Under the pieces are notes generated by a model, which saw only the letters and a list, made by a program, of their open reading frames with translations, made no database searches and was not told the origin of the DNA. Below are positions 47,863 to 61,300 of a stretch of DNA of 64,000 nucleotides, piece by piece. Within the stretch, counting starts at the first letter, position 1, and each line of letters begins with the position of its first letter. Source of the stretch: Holophagae bacterium. Lineage in GTDB: Bacteria > Acidobacteriota > Thermoanaerobaculia > Thermoanaerobaculales > Thermoanaerobaculaceae. Location of the stretch: positions 21,441 through 85,440 of the forward strand of contig JAAYVZ010000046.1 in assembly GCA_012516935.1 (NCBI GenBank), given 5' to 3'. The translations under genes were made by a program, and so were the position numbers.

Positions 47863-50563
47863 GTTCCAGCAATGCCGTCAGCTCCTCGCGCGAGAGCTTG
47901 CGCAGAACATCCTCGCTCGGAGCCACCACCTCGCGCGCCAGCTCGAGCTTGCGCAGGATAATGCTGTCGATCCGCTCCTCGATCGTGCCCTCGGTGACCA
48001 GCTTGAAGACTTGAACCAGACGACTCTGGCCGATGCGGTGCACCCGGTCGGTGGCCTGGTTCTCGCGCGCCGGGTTCCACCAGCGGTCGTAGTGGACGAC
48101 GACCGAGGCGGCCGTGAGGTCGATCCCCACACCGGTGGCGAGCAGGCTCGCCAGCAGCACCGGCTCGTGGCGGGCGGCGTTGAAGCGCTGCACGATGCCG
48201 GCCCGGTCGCGGGTCTGGCCGGTCATCACGAGGTGTGGCAGCTCCCGCTGCCGGAGGTGGGACGACAGCAGCTCCACCATCTGCACGTACTGCGAGAAGA
48301 TGACGACGCGGTTGTCAGCCGCCAGCGCCTCGGCGAGGATCTCGTCGAGAAGCTCGATCTTGCCTGGTACGAGGTGCCGCAGCCGGGACTCCACGAGGCC
48401 GGGATGGTCGCACACCTGCTTGAGGCGGGTGAGGAGCGCGAAGATGTGCATGTACGGGATGTCGGCTGCCTCGTCCCGGAGCTGTCGCACGAGCGACGGC
48501 GCGCCGGCTGCGTGGATGCGCGCGTACAGCTCGGCCTGGCGGGGTGAGAGTCGGCAGAACGCCAGCTCCTCGTGCTTGGGTGGGAGGTCCTCGAGCACCG
48601 CCTCCTTGACGCGCCTGAGGGTGAACGGTGCCAGCACCCTGCGGAGCCGCAGGAGGTCGGCGGAGGACGGCGACTTGAAGGCCTGCCGGAAACCACGCTC
48701 GCTGCCCAGGTACCCCGGCACGACGAGGTCCATGATCGACCACAGCTCGGCGAGGCGGTTCTCGATCGGCGTGCCGGTGAGGGCGACCCGGAACCGGCCA
48801 GGAATCGTCCGCACCGCCCGCGAGCCCTTGGTGTGTGGGTTTTTTGCCCGCTGCGCTTCGTCGAAGACGACGATGTCCCACGCCTGCTCCCGCAGGGCGG
48901 CCAGCGAGCGGAGGGCGATCTCGTAGGTGGTGAGCACCACGGCCCCGGGCGGGAGGTCGTCGAGGCTACGCGCAGCGCCGTGGTAGACGACCACCGGGAG
49001 CACGGGCGCGAACGTCGCCAGCAGGTGCCGCCAGTGGTCGAGGACGCCGCGCGGGCAGACGACGAGGGGGTGGGCGTCCGGTGCGTGGGTGCGGGCCAGG
49101 CACAGCAGCGCCATGGCCTGGTGGGTCTTGCCCAACCCCATGTCGTCGGCCAACAGCGCACCGAGCCCGGTGTGGTAGAGCCGCCAGAGCCACGCCGCAC
49201 CGTGCTTCTGGTACGGCCTCAGGCGCGAGAGCAGCCCCGTCGGCTCGGGGAACGACGTGACCGGATTCAGCATGGCGTCGACCACGGCCTGGAGCTGGGC
49301 GCGCCGCACCGTGGCCGGCACCCTGATCTCGGCGAGCGCCCGCACGAGCCCGAGGCGATCGCCCACCAGCCCCCGGCTCTTCAGCTTCAGCCCGGCGCTG
49401 AGCAATGCGCCGGCGTCGGGGGCCCGCACCAGCGCCCGGCCCCGGCGCACGAAGCGGTGGCGCAGCAGCTCCCTCACCTCGGACCACTTGAGCTCGCCGT
49501 CGCTGGTCCGGTATTGCGGCCGCAGCACGACCTGCCCCTTGTCGTCCTCGTCCACCTCGACGCCCGAGAGCGTCGGCTGTAGGGGACGAGGGGTGGTGGC
49601 CAGCTCACCCTGTGGCTCGTACCAGCGCTCGTTCTTGAGCAGGAAGTGGTCGTGCATGACGAAGTTGAACGCGGCGTGGCCGCGCAGCACCAAGCGCCCG
49701 CGCTGGAAGTACGGCAACAGGGTCGGTGACACGTCGGGTGCCGGCAGCAGCAGGTCACCGTGCCGGACGAAGCGGCCGAAGCTCCGCTCGGGAAGCTCGG
49801 CGAGCGGGATGAAGTCGCCGCGGGGCGCGATGAGCCCGGGGTCGAGCACGACCTCCTCGTCGCCCTGAAGGCCGGCTCGCAGCACGGCGGCGGCCCGCAC
49901 CGTGCCGACCTTGATGCGTGCGAGGTCGCCCTCGAGCTCGAACACTCCCAGCTTCGGGAGCTCGCCCAGGAGGTACGGCACCGCCGCCCGGCCGACCAGG
50001 ACGGCCCGCATCAGCCCTGACTTGAGAAGCAGGTGGAAACGCATCCGGTCGTCCGCGAGCGACACGTGCACCGGGCCGCCACGGTGCTGGGAGAGCTGGA
50101 ACCGGAGGGCGATCTCGAGCTCGTCGAGGTACTGCACGTGGCCGAGGTCGACCTCCTGAACCCCTTCCTGGGGGGCGACCAGCAGCGGCTGCAGCGCGCG
50201 CTCCCGCCAGGTCGTCCCTGGCCCCTTGGCCACCAGGCTCGGGCGCAGCTTGACCCAGGTGAACAGGACCGCGGCCACGTGGACGCAGGGCTCCGGTCCC
50301 AGCCTCTCGCAGCGCGAGCACGATGCCCGCAGCGTCTGGGGTGCGGGCGACTCGACGAGCACCCTGGCCAGAGGGTGGAGCGTCGTGCCCTCGACCGCAG
50401 TGCCGCTCCAGGTGATCTCCGCCACCTCGCGGCCGTTGACGAGCCCGAACGCCAGCTCCGCATCGCGCCGGCCGAGGCGGCCGAGCACGTCGCCGCTCGT
50501 GAGGGTCAGCAGAAAGCTCGGAGAGCTCGACCGCTCGGCACCCATATCCGCCAAGCGTAACAT
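47846..50563 (-). CDS. SNF2-family helicase with N-terminal SWIM zinc finger (RapA/HepA-like)
   Basis: 905 aa. SWIM CSRCERLGPEPCVHVAAVLFTW. SNF2_N motif I DDMGLGKT, DEAQ box VFDEAQRAKN, C-terminal helicase motifs. Confidence 0.85.
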   Translation of the reverse strand: MLRLADMGAERSSSPSFLLTLTSGDVLGRLGRRDAELAFGLVNGREVAEITWSGTAVEGTTLHPLARVLVESPAPQTLRASCSRCERLGPEPCVHVAAVLFTWVKLRPSLVAKGPGTTWRERALQPLLVAPQEGVQEVDLGHVQYLDELEIALRFQLSQHRGGPVHVSLADDRMRFHLLLKSGLMRAVLVGRAAVPYLLGELPKLGVFELEGDLARIKVGTVRAAAVLRAGLQGDEEVVLDPGLIAPRGDFIPLAELPERSFGRFVRHGDLLLPAPDVSPTLLPYFQRGRLVLRGHAAFNFVMHDHFLLKNERWYEPQGELATTPRPLQPTLSGVEVDEDDKGQVVLRPQYRTSDGELKWSEVRELLRHRFVRRGRALVRAPDAGALLSAGLKLKSRGLVGDRLGLVRALAEIRVPATVRRAQLQAVVDAMLNPVTSFPEPTGLLSRLRPYQKHGAAWLWRLYHTGLGALLADDMGLGKTHQAMALLCLARTHAPDAHPLVVCPRGVLDHWRHLLATFAPVLPVVVYHGAARSLDDLPPGAVVLTTYEIALRSLAALREQAWDIVVFDEAQRAKNPHTKGSRAVRTIPGRFRVALTGTPIENRLAELWSIMDLVVPGYLGSERGFRQAFKSPSSADLLRLRRVLAPFTLRRVKEAVLEDLPPKHEELAFCRLSPRQAELYARIHAAGAPSLVRQLRDEAADIPYMHIFALLTRLKQVCDHPGLVESRLRHLVPGKIELLDEILAEALAADNRVVIFSQYVQMVELLSSHLRQRELPHLVMTGQTRDRAGIVQRFNAARHEPVLLASLLATGVGIDLTAASVVVHYDRWWNPARENQATDRVHRIGQSRLVQVFKLVTEGTIEERIDSIILRKLELAREVVAPSEDVLRKLSREELTALLELTPAR

Positions 50564-50618
50564 CCCGCGCCTGGGCCGCGGAACAACCGGTGGCGAGCGT
50601 GGCGATGGGGTGTTGACG

Positions 50619-51902
50619 TCAGACGGACGCCGCGACGAGCAGGCGCTGCAGGGCGACGTTGTCGCGGTGACCGGTGAAGGCGGCGCTCACCCGCCCGCGC
50701 AGGGGGTAGCCGAGGAGGTAGAGGTCGCCGATGATGTCGAGGATCTTGTGGCGCACGAACTCGTCGGGGAAGCGCAGGGTGGTGTTGACGACGTTGTCCT
50801 CGCCGACGAGGATGAAGTTGTCGAGCCGGCCGCCCGAACCCAAGCCCAGCTCCTTGATCATCGGCAGGTCGCGCAAGAACCCGAAGGTGCGAGCTGGGGC
50901 GATCTGCGCCTGGAAGGCGTCGAAGCCAGTGAGCCGGAATGAGTAGAGCTGCTCGCCGATCGGGGGTGGGTAGCGCAAGTGGTACGTGACCTCGAGGCAG
51001 TCCGAGGGCTCGATCCGCATCCGCTTGTCCCCCTTGAGGGGAAGCTCGTACGGCTTGTCGATGACGACCTCACGCCTGGGCACCCCTTGATCCTCGATGC
51101 CGATCTCCTCGATGCGCTGGCAAAACTCGAGCGCTGAGCCGTCGAGCACCGGGATCTCGCCGTGTACCTTCACCAGCAAGTTGGTGATGCCGGCGGCGTG
51201 CAGGGTGGCGAGCAGGTGCTCGATGGTACGGATCTCCTCGCCTCCTCCGCGCAGCGTGGTCGCATACTCGGTGTCACCTACCGAGGTGAGGTGAGCTGGG
51301 ATTTGGACCCCCGCCGGCAGGGTCACGAAGTGGATGCCTGAGTCGGGTGGCAACGCCTGGAGCACCAGGCCCGTGCGGCTGCCGGAGTGCAGCCCGAGCC
51401 CGTAGATGACGAAGGCGGAACGAATCGTGCGCTGAGGTACCTGGGTGCTGCGCACGATCGGCAGCAGCGGCGGCGGCGAGAACACTCGGGCTGGCTCGCT
51501 CGCAGGTGAGGGGTCGAGCAACGAGCCGGCGCTGCCACTGCGCACCTCCAGGGCGCTTCTGAGGGTATCGACGACGCGCCCCAGGGACAGTGGCTTTTCG
51601 AGGTAGTCGTGGGCGCCGAGCTTGATCGAGCGCACGGCGGTGGTGGCTTGCCCATGCCCGGACATCATGATGATCGCGGCGTCGGGATCCATGGCGCGGA
51701 GTGCTTGTAGCGTCTCGAGACCGTCGCGATCGGGGAGCCAGACGTCGAGAAACACCGCCACCGGTCGCAGCTTTTGGTACAGGCGGAGCGCTTCCTCGCC
51801 GGACGGGGTGCTGGCGACCTCGTACCCCTCGTCGGCGAGGATCTGACCCAGGGTGGTGAGGATGCCGGGCTCGTCATCGACGATGAGGACCAGATCCTTC
51901 AT
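50619..51902 (-). CDS. lpxC: response-regulator receiver domain fused to UDP-3-O-acyl-N-acetylglucosamine deacetylase (REC-LpxC)
   Basis: Residues 1-120 form a CheY-like REC domain (LIVDDEP...FLDVWLPDRDGLETL...SGHG...LEKP). A Pro/Ser linker follows. Then comes a full LpxC domain (GLGLHSG, ...ARTFGFLRD..., EFVRHKILDIIGDLYLLG). Confidence 0.85.
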   Translation of the reverse strand: MKDLVLIVDDEPGILTTLGQILADEGYEVASTPSGEEALRLYQKLRPVAVFLDVWLPDRDGLETLQALRAMDPDAAIIMMSGHGQATTAVRSIKLGAHDYLEKPLSLGRVVDTLRSALEVRSGSAGSLLDPSPASEPARVFSPPPLLPIVRSTQVPQRTIRSAFVIYGLGLHSGSRTGLVLQALPPDSGIHFVTLPAGVQIPAHLTSVGDTEYATTLRGGGEEIRTIEHLLATLHAAGITNLLVKVHGEIPVLDGSALEFCQRIEEIGIEDQGVPRREVVIDKPYELPLKGDKRMRIEPSDCLEVTYHLRYPPPIGEQLYSFRLTGFDAFQAQIAPARTFGFLRDLPMIKELGLGSGGRLDNFILVGEDNVVNTTLRFPDEFVRHKILDIIGDLYLLGYPLRGRVSAAFTGHRDNVALQRLLVAASV

Positions 51903-54403
51903 GTCGGCAGTGTCCCGCCCAGCTCAGTGTCCGTCAACTGCCCCGAGTCCTTCGCTTCCGGAGCTGTTGCTTCCTGCACCGAAGCAGGCAGGATGTGCAG
52001 GAGGGTGCCGAGGACACCGTGGCAGGTGAGCCACTCCTGGGCGCCGAGCTCCCTCTTCCGAGCCGCCTCCTGATGGCTGCGCACGACCTCCGAAGGCAAG
52101 GCAAAATAGATGTTCTGGACCTTCCAGAAGTCCACCTCGAACGGCAACGTTGCGGCGAGCCCGACCGCCGCCGTGAGGTCCTGCAGCGGCTTGAACGCGG
52201 CGGGTTCAGCGGCCACTCGGGCAGCCAGACGATTGAGGGTGGTTCGAAGCCCGAAGGCGAGGCCCGGACCATCGAGCGCAACACCGAAAAGCTCGGCCTC
52301 CCCCAGCAGGTGGTGGATGTGCTCGAGCGGCAGTGGGTCGTCGCGCAGCGCCCGCCGCAGCCCGGCATTGAGGACGAACCCGGCGGTAGCCTGGAGGGCC
52401 TGAGGAAGGGGTGCTCCGAGGTCGGAGAGGAAGCGCATGAGCGGTGCCTGCTTCTCGTACACCTGCCGGTAGGCAGCGGCCGCCTCGTCGAGCGTGGAGT
52501 CGAGGATGAGGGCGAGGATACGGCGCTGATCGTCGCGGAACAGCGACTTGAGGGAGTAGGTGTGCTCGAAATGGTGGTCGAGGGCGCGCAGCGTCGCCGG
52601 CAGGTCGGCGCGCGAGAACGAGCTCATCGCCTCGCTCACGAGGGTGTGGTAGACCTCGTCGGCACGGCACTCCCTCACCCCGCCGGAGAGGTTGTGGTCG
52701 CCCATGTGGAGCACACCGTAGGTCAGACACGCCGACTCCCGGGTAACCGCCGAGGTGATCTCGAGGTGACCTACGGCCAGTCGCGCCCGTCCGGCCTGCG
52801 CCGTGCGGTGGTCGCGGCGATCGAGCCGGAAGACGCGCGCCAGGTGGCCGTTGCCGGCAGGCTCGAAGAGCGAGTCGATGGCGGCCTGGGCCCCGACCTT
52901 GAGGAGGTCGGCTGCCGCCGGGCGCACGAGCTTCTCGAACACCGCCCGGCCGTCTCCGTAGGCCGGGAGGTTGGACCGGGCCTGGGCGAGCAGGTCGCCA
53001 AACATCGGCTCCAGGTGCCGGCCCGTCACCGTCTCGGCGAGCTGCAGCGCCCGGGCCGCGTACTGCAGCACCTGGACGGTCTCCAGGCCGGAGATCTCGT
53101 CGAAGAACCACCCGCAGCTCGTGTACATGAGCATGGCGTGACGCTGCATCTCGCACAACCGGAGCGCGGTGATCTCCTCGCCGCGAGTGAGCGGCCGCTT
53201 GCTGTGGCGGGCGAGGAAGGCGTCGACCGAGGCCGGTGCGCGGTCCAGGATCACGTCGATGTAATCGTCGCGCGCTGCCCACACATCGCGCAGCAACTGC
53301 TCCCCGTGTTGCTCGAAGACCGCCCCGACCTCATCGCGCAGCCAGTCGAGAGCGTGGCGCAACGGCCCACGCCACGCCTGTGTCCACTCGGGGTGGCTGC
53401 CGGAGCTGCAGCCGCAGTCCGAGCGCCAGCGCTCGATGCCGTGGGCGCAGCTCCACGACGTGTTTTCGACGATCTCGACCTCGAATGCTGGCGGGTGGAT
53501 GGCGAGGAACTCGCCGTAGTTGGTGAGGCGGGCGTCACGCCCGGACTCGACGCGATCGAGCGCCCACGCCAGCGCCATGTCGCCGAAGCGGTGGTGGTGG
53601 CCGTACGTCTCACCGTCGGTGGCGATGTGCACGAGCTGGTCCCATCCGGGTTGCTCCCCGAACCCGCCGAGCAGGCGTTCGACGAACCGCTCGCCGCTGG
53701 ACAACAGCCGCTCGAACGCCACGGCACGGGATATCGGCCCGTCGTAGAAAAACACCGCGATCTGCCGCCCCTCCGGCAGCCTGACGAGGTACGGTCGGGT
53801 GGGGTCGATGCGGGCTCCGCTGACGTCCTGCCAGTGGGTGTCGCCGAGCCGCCGCACCCGGCTGGCCTGATGGGGGGCGAGGACGGTGAAGCGGATGCCG
53901 GTCGCGGCCAGCACCTCGAGCGACTCGAGATTGACCGCGGTTTCGGGCAACCACATCCCTTCCGGCTCACGCCCGAAGCGGCGGCGGAAGTCCGCCAGTC
54001 CCCAGCGCACCTGAGTGACCATATCGCGCCGCCGGGCGAGCGGCATGATGAGGTGGTTGTACACCTGCGCGAGCGCCGAGCCGTGGCCGGAGAAGCGCGC
54101 ACGGCTCTGGCGATCGGCGGCCAACACGGCGGCGTACGTCTCGCTATCGTGGTGCTCCAACCAGGCCAGCAGGGTGGGCCCAAAGTTGAAGGAGATGCGA
54201 CTGTAGTTGTTGAGAATGTTGACGATCCGACCTGCGCCATCGAGAATGCGGGCGGCCGCGTTGGGAGCGTAGCACTCGGCCGTGACGCGCTCGTTCCAGT
54301 CATGGTAGGGATAGGCCGAGTCCTGGACCTCCACCGCCTCGAACGTCGGGTTTTCCCGCGGCGGCTGGTAGAAGTGCCCGTGAATGCAGAGGTAGCGCGC
54401 CAT
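51899..54403 (-). CDS. glycoside hydrolase family 57 protein with C-terminal DUF3536-like region
   Basis: MARYLCIHGHFYQPPREN... is the GH57 N-terminal signature. 834 aa, immediately downstream of glgB. Confidence 0.8.
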   Translation of the reverse strand: MARYLCIHGHFYQPPRENPTFEAVEVQDSAYPYHDWNERVTAECYAPNAAARILDGAGRIVNILNNYSRISFNFGPTLLAWLEHHDSETYAAVLAADRQSRARFSGHGSALAQVYNHLIMPLARRRDMVTQVRWGLADFRRRFGREPEGMWLPETAVNLESLEVLAATGIRFTVLAPHQASRVRRLGDTHWQDVSGARIDPTRPYLVRLPEGRQIAVFFYDGPISRAVAFERLLSSGERFVERLLGGFGEQPGWDQLVHIATDGETYGHHHRFGDMALAWALDRVESGRDARLTNYGEFLAIHPPAFEVEIVENTSWSCAHGIERWRSDCGCSSGSHPEWTQAWRGPLRHALDWLRDEVGAVFEQHGEQLLRDVWAARDDYIDVILDRAPASVDAFLARHSKRPLTRGEEITALRLCEMQRHAMLMYTSCGWFFDEISGLETVQVLQYAARALQLAETVTGRHLEPMFGDLLAQARSNLPAYGDGRAVFEKLVRPAAADLLKVGAQAAIDSLFEPAGNGHLARVFRLDRRDHRTAQAGRARLAVGHLEITSAVTRESACLTYGVLHMGDHNLSGGVRECRADEVYHTLVSEAMSSFSRADLPATLRALDHHFEHTYSLKSLFRDDQRRILALILDSTLDEAAAAYRQVYEKQAPLMRFLSDLGAPLPQALQATAGFVLNAGLRRALRDDPLPLEHIHHLLGEAELFGVALDGPGLAFGLRTTLNRLAARVAAEPAAFKPLQDLTAAVGLAATLPFEVDFWKVQNIYFALPSEVVRSHQEAARKRELGAQEWLTCHGVLGTLLHILPASVQEATAPEAKDSGQLTDTELGGTLPT

Positions 54404-54413
54404 GGCCGACCTC

Positions 54414-56351
<1,938 letters not shown>

Positions 56352-56481
56352 ACCGCTCCCTCGACTGCACAGCGTAGCACCCCCACCTTTTTCCCGCCTG
56401 GTCGGGAACCGGTGGCTCATCCCCGTTTCCCACCCAGCGAGGCCGCCCACCGATCATCTGGCTTCCTACCCCCACGCCTCG

Positions 56482-58245
56482 TCAGGCGGGGCCGGGCCGT
56501 TCGTTGCTCAGGGAGAGCTTGAGCTCGCGAAGCTGCGCCTCGTCGACCACGTTCGGGGCATCCGTGAGCAAGCAGTTGCCAGCCGTGGTCTTGGGGAAGG
56601 CGATGACGTCGCGAATCGACTCCCGGCCGGCCATGAGCATGACCAGGCGGTCGAGCCCGAGCGCGATGCCACCGTGGGGTGGGGCACCGAAGCGGAACGC
56701 GTCGAGCAAGAAGCCGAACTTCCGCCTCGCCTCCTCCTCGCCGATCCCGAGCACCGAGAAGACCGCGCGCTGCAGGTTGGGATCGTGGATACGAATCGAG
56801 CCGCCGCCCAACTCCACGCCGTCGAGGATCACGTCGTAGGCCCGTGCCCGCACCCGGCTGGGGTCGTTCGCGAGCAGCGGCACGTCCTCGGCCTTGGGGG
56901 ACGTGAACGGGTGATGACAGGCGAAATAGCGGGAGCTCTCGTCGTCCCACTCGAGGAGCGGGAAGTCGGTCACCCAAAGGAAGGCGTGTGAGCCGACGGC
57001 GACGAGACCCAGGCGCCTGCCGAGCTCGAGGCGGAGGGCGCCGAGGGCGGCGAAGACCATCTTGGCGGTGCCGCCGACAACCACCAGCAGGTCGGTGGGA
57101 GCCACCTCGGCCGCGTGGAGGAACGACGCAACCCCGTCGTCGCCGAGTGCTTTTCTGATCGACGAGCCGTACCCCTCGGCGGTGCGGCGCATCCATACCA
57201 CCCCGGGCGCACCGTAGGGCTTCACGAGCTCCGAAAGCTCCTCGAGCTGCTTGCGGGAGAACCCGGCTGCGCCGGGCACCACCAGCCCCTTGACGCGGCC
57301 CGATGCCGCCGCTTGCCGCAGCGGCTCGAACGAGCACCCCGAGGCGACGGCCCCGAGCTCGACCAGCTCCATTCCGAAGCGGAGATCGGGCCGGTCGGAC
57401 CCGAAGCGCTCCAGCGCCTCCTGGTACGAAAGCCGCGGAAAGACAGCCGGAGGGTGGATGCCTGCGAGCGGGAAGATGCGCGCGAACAGCCCCTCGATGA
57501 GGGCAAAGATATCCTCTTCGCCGACGAACGAGGCCTCCACATCGACCTGTGTGAACTCGGGCTGGCGGTCGGCGCGTAGGTCCTCGTCGCGGAAGCAGCG
57601 GGCGATCTGCATGTACCGTCCGACTCCAGCGACCTGGAGCAGTTGTTTGAAAAGCTGCGGTGACTGCGGCAGGGCGTAGAACCTCCCGGGCGACAGCCGT
57701 GAGGGGACGAGGAAGTCCCGCGCACCCTCCGGCGTCGAGCGCGTCAGGATAGGCGTTTCGATGTCGAGAAAGCCGTGCTCGTGGAAGTGCTGCCGGATCT
57801 CGAACGTGATCCGGTGGCGGAGCTCGAGGCTGCGCATCATCTCCGGGCGCCGCAGGTCGAGCACCCGGTGGCGCAGCCGCAGCTCCTCCGAGGCGTTGAC
57901 GCGATCCTCGACCACGAACGGCGGTACCTCCGCAGCGGTGATGAGCTCGAGCTCCTCGGCCAGCACCTCGACCTCACCGGTCGGCATCTCGGGGTTGAGG
58001 TTGGCGGTCGCACGCGCCGCCACGGTACCGACGACGCGGATCACATCCTCGGCCCCGAGCCGCTCGGCCGCATCGCGCACGGCGTCGGCGCACAGCACCT
58101 GCACCCACCCCGCACGATCCCGCAGATCTACGAAGACAATCCCGCCCAGGTCACGCCGCCGACGCACCCATCCCACCAGCTCCACTCGCCGGCCGATATC
58201 GGCGGCCCGCAAGCTCCCACAAAACGGTCGCTCGAACGCACGCAT
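56482..58245 (-). CDS. aspS: aspartate--tRNA ligase
   Basis: 587 aa. N-terminal OB anticodon-binding domain, class-II motifs (FRDEDLRADRQPEFTQVD, GGGSIRIHD..., GLDRLVMLM). Confidence 0.92.
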   Translation of the reverse strand: MRAFERPFCGSLRAADIGRRVELVGWVRRRRDLGGIVFVDLRDRAGWVQVLCADAVRDAAERLGAEDVIRVVGTVAARATANLNPEMPTGEVEVLAEELELITAAEVPPFVVEDRVNASEELRLRHRVLDLRRPEMMRSLELRHRITFEIRQHFHEHGFLDIETPILTRSTPEGARDFLVPSRLSPGRFYALPQSPQLFKQLLQVAGVGRYMQIARCFRDEDLRADRQPEFTQVDVEASFVGEEDIFALIEGLFARIFPLAGIHPPAVFPRLSYQEALERFGSDRPDLRFGMELVELGAVASGCSFEPLRQAAASGRVKGLVVPGAAGFSRKQLEELSELVKPYGAPGVVWMRRTAEGYGSSIRKALGDDGVASFLHAAEVAPTDLLVVVGGTAKMVFAALGALRLELGRRLGLVAVGSHAFLWVTDFPLLEWDDESSRYFACHHPFTSPKAEDVPLLANDPSRVRARAYDVILDGVELGGGSIRIHDPNLQRAVFSVLGIGEEEARRKFGFLLDAFRFGAPPHGGIALGLDRLVMLMAGRESIRDVIAFPKTTAGNCLLTDAPNVVDEAQLRELKLSLSNERPGPA

Positions 58246-58353
58246 GCTCGCAGACCTCCACGGCTCGCAGCCGTGCGCGGATTGTACCCCCCGCCGGCCC
58301 GCCCGTTTCCGAAAGCGATGTGGTCGCGAACGCGAACGCCGCCGCGCTGCTGG

Positions 58354-61300
58354 TCAGATGCGGGTTGCGACCGGCAGCGAGAAGGAAAACGTCGAGCCTT
58401 TGCCACGCTCGCTCGTGACCCAGATGCGGCCACCGTGCAGCTCGACGATCTTCTTGGCGATGGCGAGCCCCAGACCGGTGGAGGGCTCACCGGCCGTTGG
58501 CTTGGCTGAGAGCTTGCCGAAGCGCTTGAACACCACGGCGAGGTCCTCGGGGGTCAGGCCCTGGCCGGTATCCTCGACGTGCGTGACGGCCTCGCCGCTT
58601 TGCGGCTCGCAGCGGATCCGCACACACCCACCCGGATGCGTGTACTTGACGGCGTTGGATAGCAAGTTGGCCATCACCTCGACGACTCTCCTGTGATCGG
58701 CCGCGATCGGTGGAAGCGGGGGGCCGGGTTCGAGCCCGAGCTCGATGCCCTTCTTGGCGGCGAGATGCGCGTAGAGCTGCTCGCACTCCTCGAGGATCGC
58801 ACGCAGGTCCTGCGGGCGCGGCTCGAGCCGGAGCTTGCCCGACTCGATAGCCGAGATGTCGAGCAGCTCGGCGACGATCTGGTTCATCTGGTCAGCCACC
58901 TTGAGTACCCGCTCGAGATCGGCGACGACACGGGAGACGGGTTGCGTGCCAGTCTCGAGGTTGCGCACCGCGAGCCCGGTCCAGCCGGAGATGAGACCGA
59001 GCGGGTTGCGCAGGTCGTGGGCAGCGAATCCCAGGAACTCGTTCTTCTTGTCGTTGAGGACCTGCAGCTCGCCGAGCATCCTGGTCTTGGCGAATGCCGC
59101 CTGAATGTGCTCCTTGAGGCTCGACAAGAGCTGGATGTCGCGCTGTGCGAAGGCGTCGGGGTCGGTCATCGAGGCGCACAGCAGGTACCCTTCGATCCGC
59201 CCACCGATGCGGAGACGCATGACCAGCATCGCAGCTGGCAGCTCGAGGCCGATGAACTTCTCCTCACCCGGGCGCCCTTTGACGTTGCGGGCGGCGAAGA
59301 GGTCCTCATCGATCTGCTCGCTGTCCGCAACGTAACGTGCTTCGGCCTCCTCGGGCGAGAGCTCGATACCGGCGAGCTCGGCCAGAGGTGGCGCTGTGGC
59401 CGCCACGAACCGCATGAGAGGCCGGTCCCGCTCTGCGAAGAGCACCGCAATGCGCTCCGCGCCCTGGATGATCAACATCTGCTCGAGCAGGGCCTGCACG
59501 AGGTTGTCGAACGCCATCTCGGAGTTGATCGCTCGGACGATCGAGTTGATCTTCTCGAGCTGCTCCTGCTTGCTCACGAGCTCGGCGGTGCGGGCCGCGA
59601 CCAGCTCCTCAAGACGCCGCCGATCGGCTTTCAGCCAGCGCACGCGCCACGCGTACGCTCCGGCGAGCAGCGAGACGAGCGCCACGGCGGCCAGGGCCCG
59701 GAACCACCACGTGCCCCAAAACGGTGGCAGCACGACGATGGGTAGCGTCACACCCTGCTCGTTCCACACTCCGTCGTTGTTCGCTCCCTTGACGCGCAAG
59801 ACGTAGCGTCCCGGCGCGACGTGCGTGTAGGCCGCCGACGAGGTGGTGCCGGCATCGGTCCAATCGCTGTCGAATCCCTCGAGCAGGTACCGGAAACGGT
59901 TGCGCTCCGGATCGGTGTAGTCGAGGGCGGCAAACTCGATGGTGAAGCTCGACTCGTTGTGTCGGAGCTCGACCCGCTCGAGACACGCGAGTGGCGTCCC
60001 GAAGGAGACCGGCCGCCCTTGGCGCGAGAAAGAACGCAGCACGACCGGCGGCACATGGGTGTTGGAGGACACGGACATCGGGTTGAAGAGGTTGAAGCCG
60101 TTGGGACCGCCGATGAAGATCCAGCCGGCGGCATCGCGATGCGCTGAACCGCCGGAGAGGAGGTTGCTCTGCAGCCCGTCGCTCTGGGTGAACAGACGCA
60201 CCTCGCCGGTCGTCGGCTCGAGGCGGCACAGCCCGCGGTTGGTGGATAGCCAGAGCTGGCCGCGGGTGTCGGCTGTGATATCCACCACCGTCGAATCGGG
60301 CAGCCCATCGGCCTCGCCCCAGTGGCGAAAGGTACGGTTCCCGACGTCGAACGTCGCGAGCCCGCCCGCGGTGCCGACCCAGAGCGTTCCGTCGGCCGCG
60401 AGGTGAAGTGCGCGCACTCGGTTGGACGGGAGCCCCTCGGGGGGTGGACCGGCCCGAAACGCCTCCCATCGGCCGCTCGACGGGTCCAGGCGGTTCAGGC
60501 CACCAGCATCGGTGCCGACCCAGACCACGCCGGCAAGATCGCTCACCATGACCCAGGCGAACGAATCGCTGAGGGTGTCGGGGTCGTCCGGTTGGTGGCG
60601 GTAGTGCGTGAGCGAGCGCCGGTCAGCAGCCAGCACCGACACCCCTCCTTGGGTCCCCACCCAGAGCCGGCCTCTCGCATCCTCGTGCAAGGTATTGACT
60701 CGGTCGTCGATGAGAGTGCCGGGCAGCCGCGGTGAGAGACCGAGTGTCTCGAACCGTCCCCGCTCCCGGTCGAAGCGGCTCAACCCCCCGCGCCAGGTGC
60801 CCACCCAGAGGGTGCCGCTGCGGTCCTCGATCAACGAACGGATGTTGTCGGCGGGCAACGCCCCTGGGTCACCGGTCCGGCTGCGGAAGTGCTCGAAGGC
60901 GCGCCGGGAAGGATCGTAGCGATCGAGACCTCCGAGGGTGCCGACCCACAGCGCGCCGTGACGATCCCGGACGATGGCGCTGACCCGGCTGTCGGAAAGC
61001 GATCCCGGGTCGAGAGGATCGCGCTGCACGTGCAGGAACTTGGGCGGCTTGAGGTCGAGCAGGCTTGCGCCACCGCCGCGGCTGCCAATCCACAGCACAC
61101 CCGAGGTGTCCTCCCAGAGCGCCCGTACGTCGTTGTTGACGAGGCTTGCTTCCCGCACCGGGTCGTTGACGAAGCGAGTCACCTCACCGGTGGCAGCAGC
61201 GATGCGAAACAGCCCCTGACGGTTGGTGCCGATCCAGAGATCGCCTGAGGCGACCTGGCGAATGACGTTGACCGGTGCCTGGGCGAGCGTCCTCGCTTCC

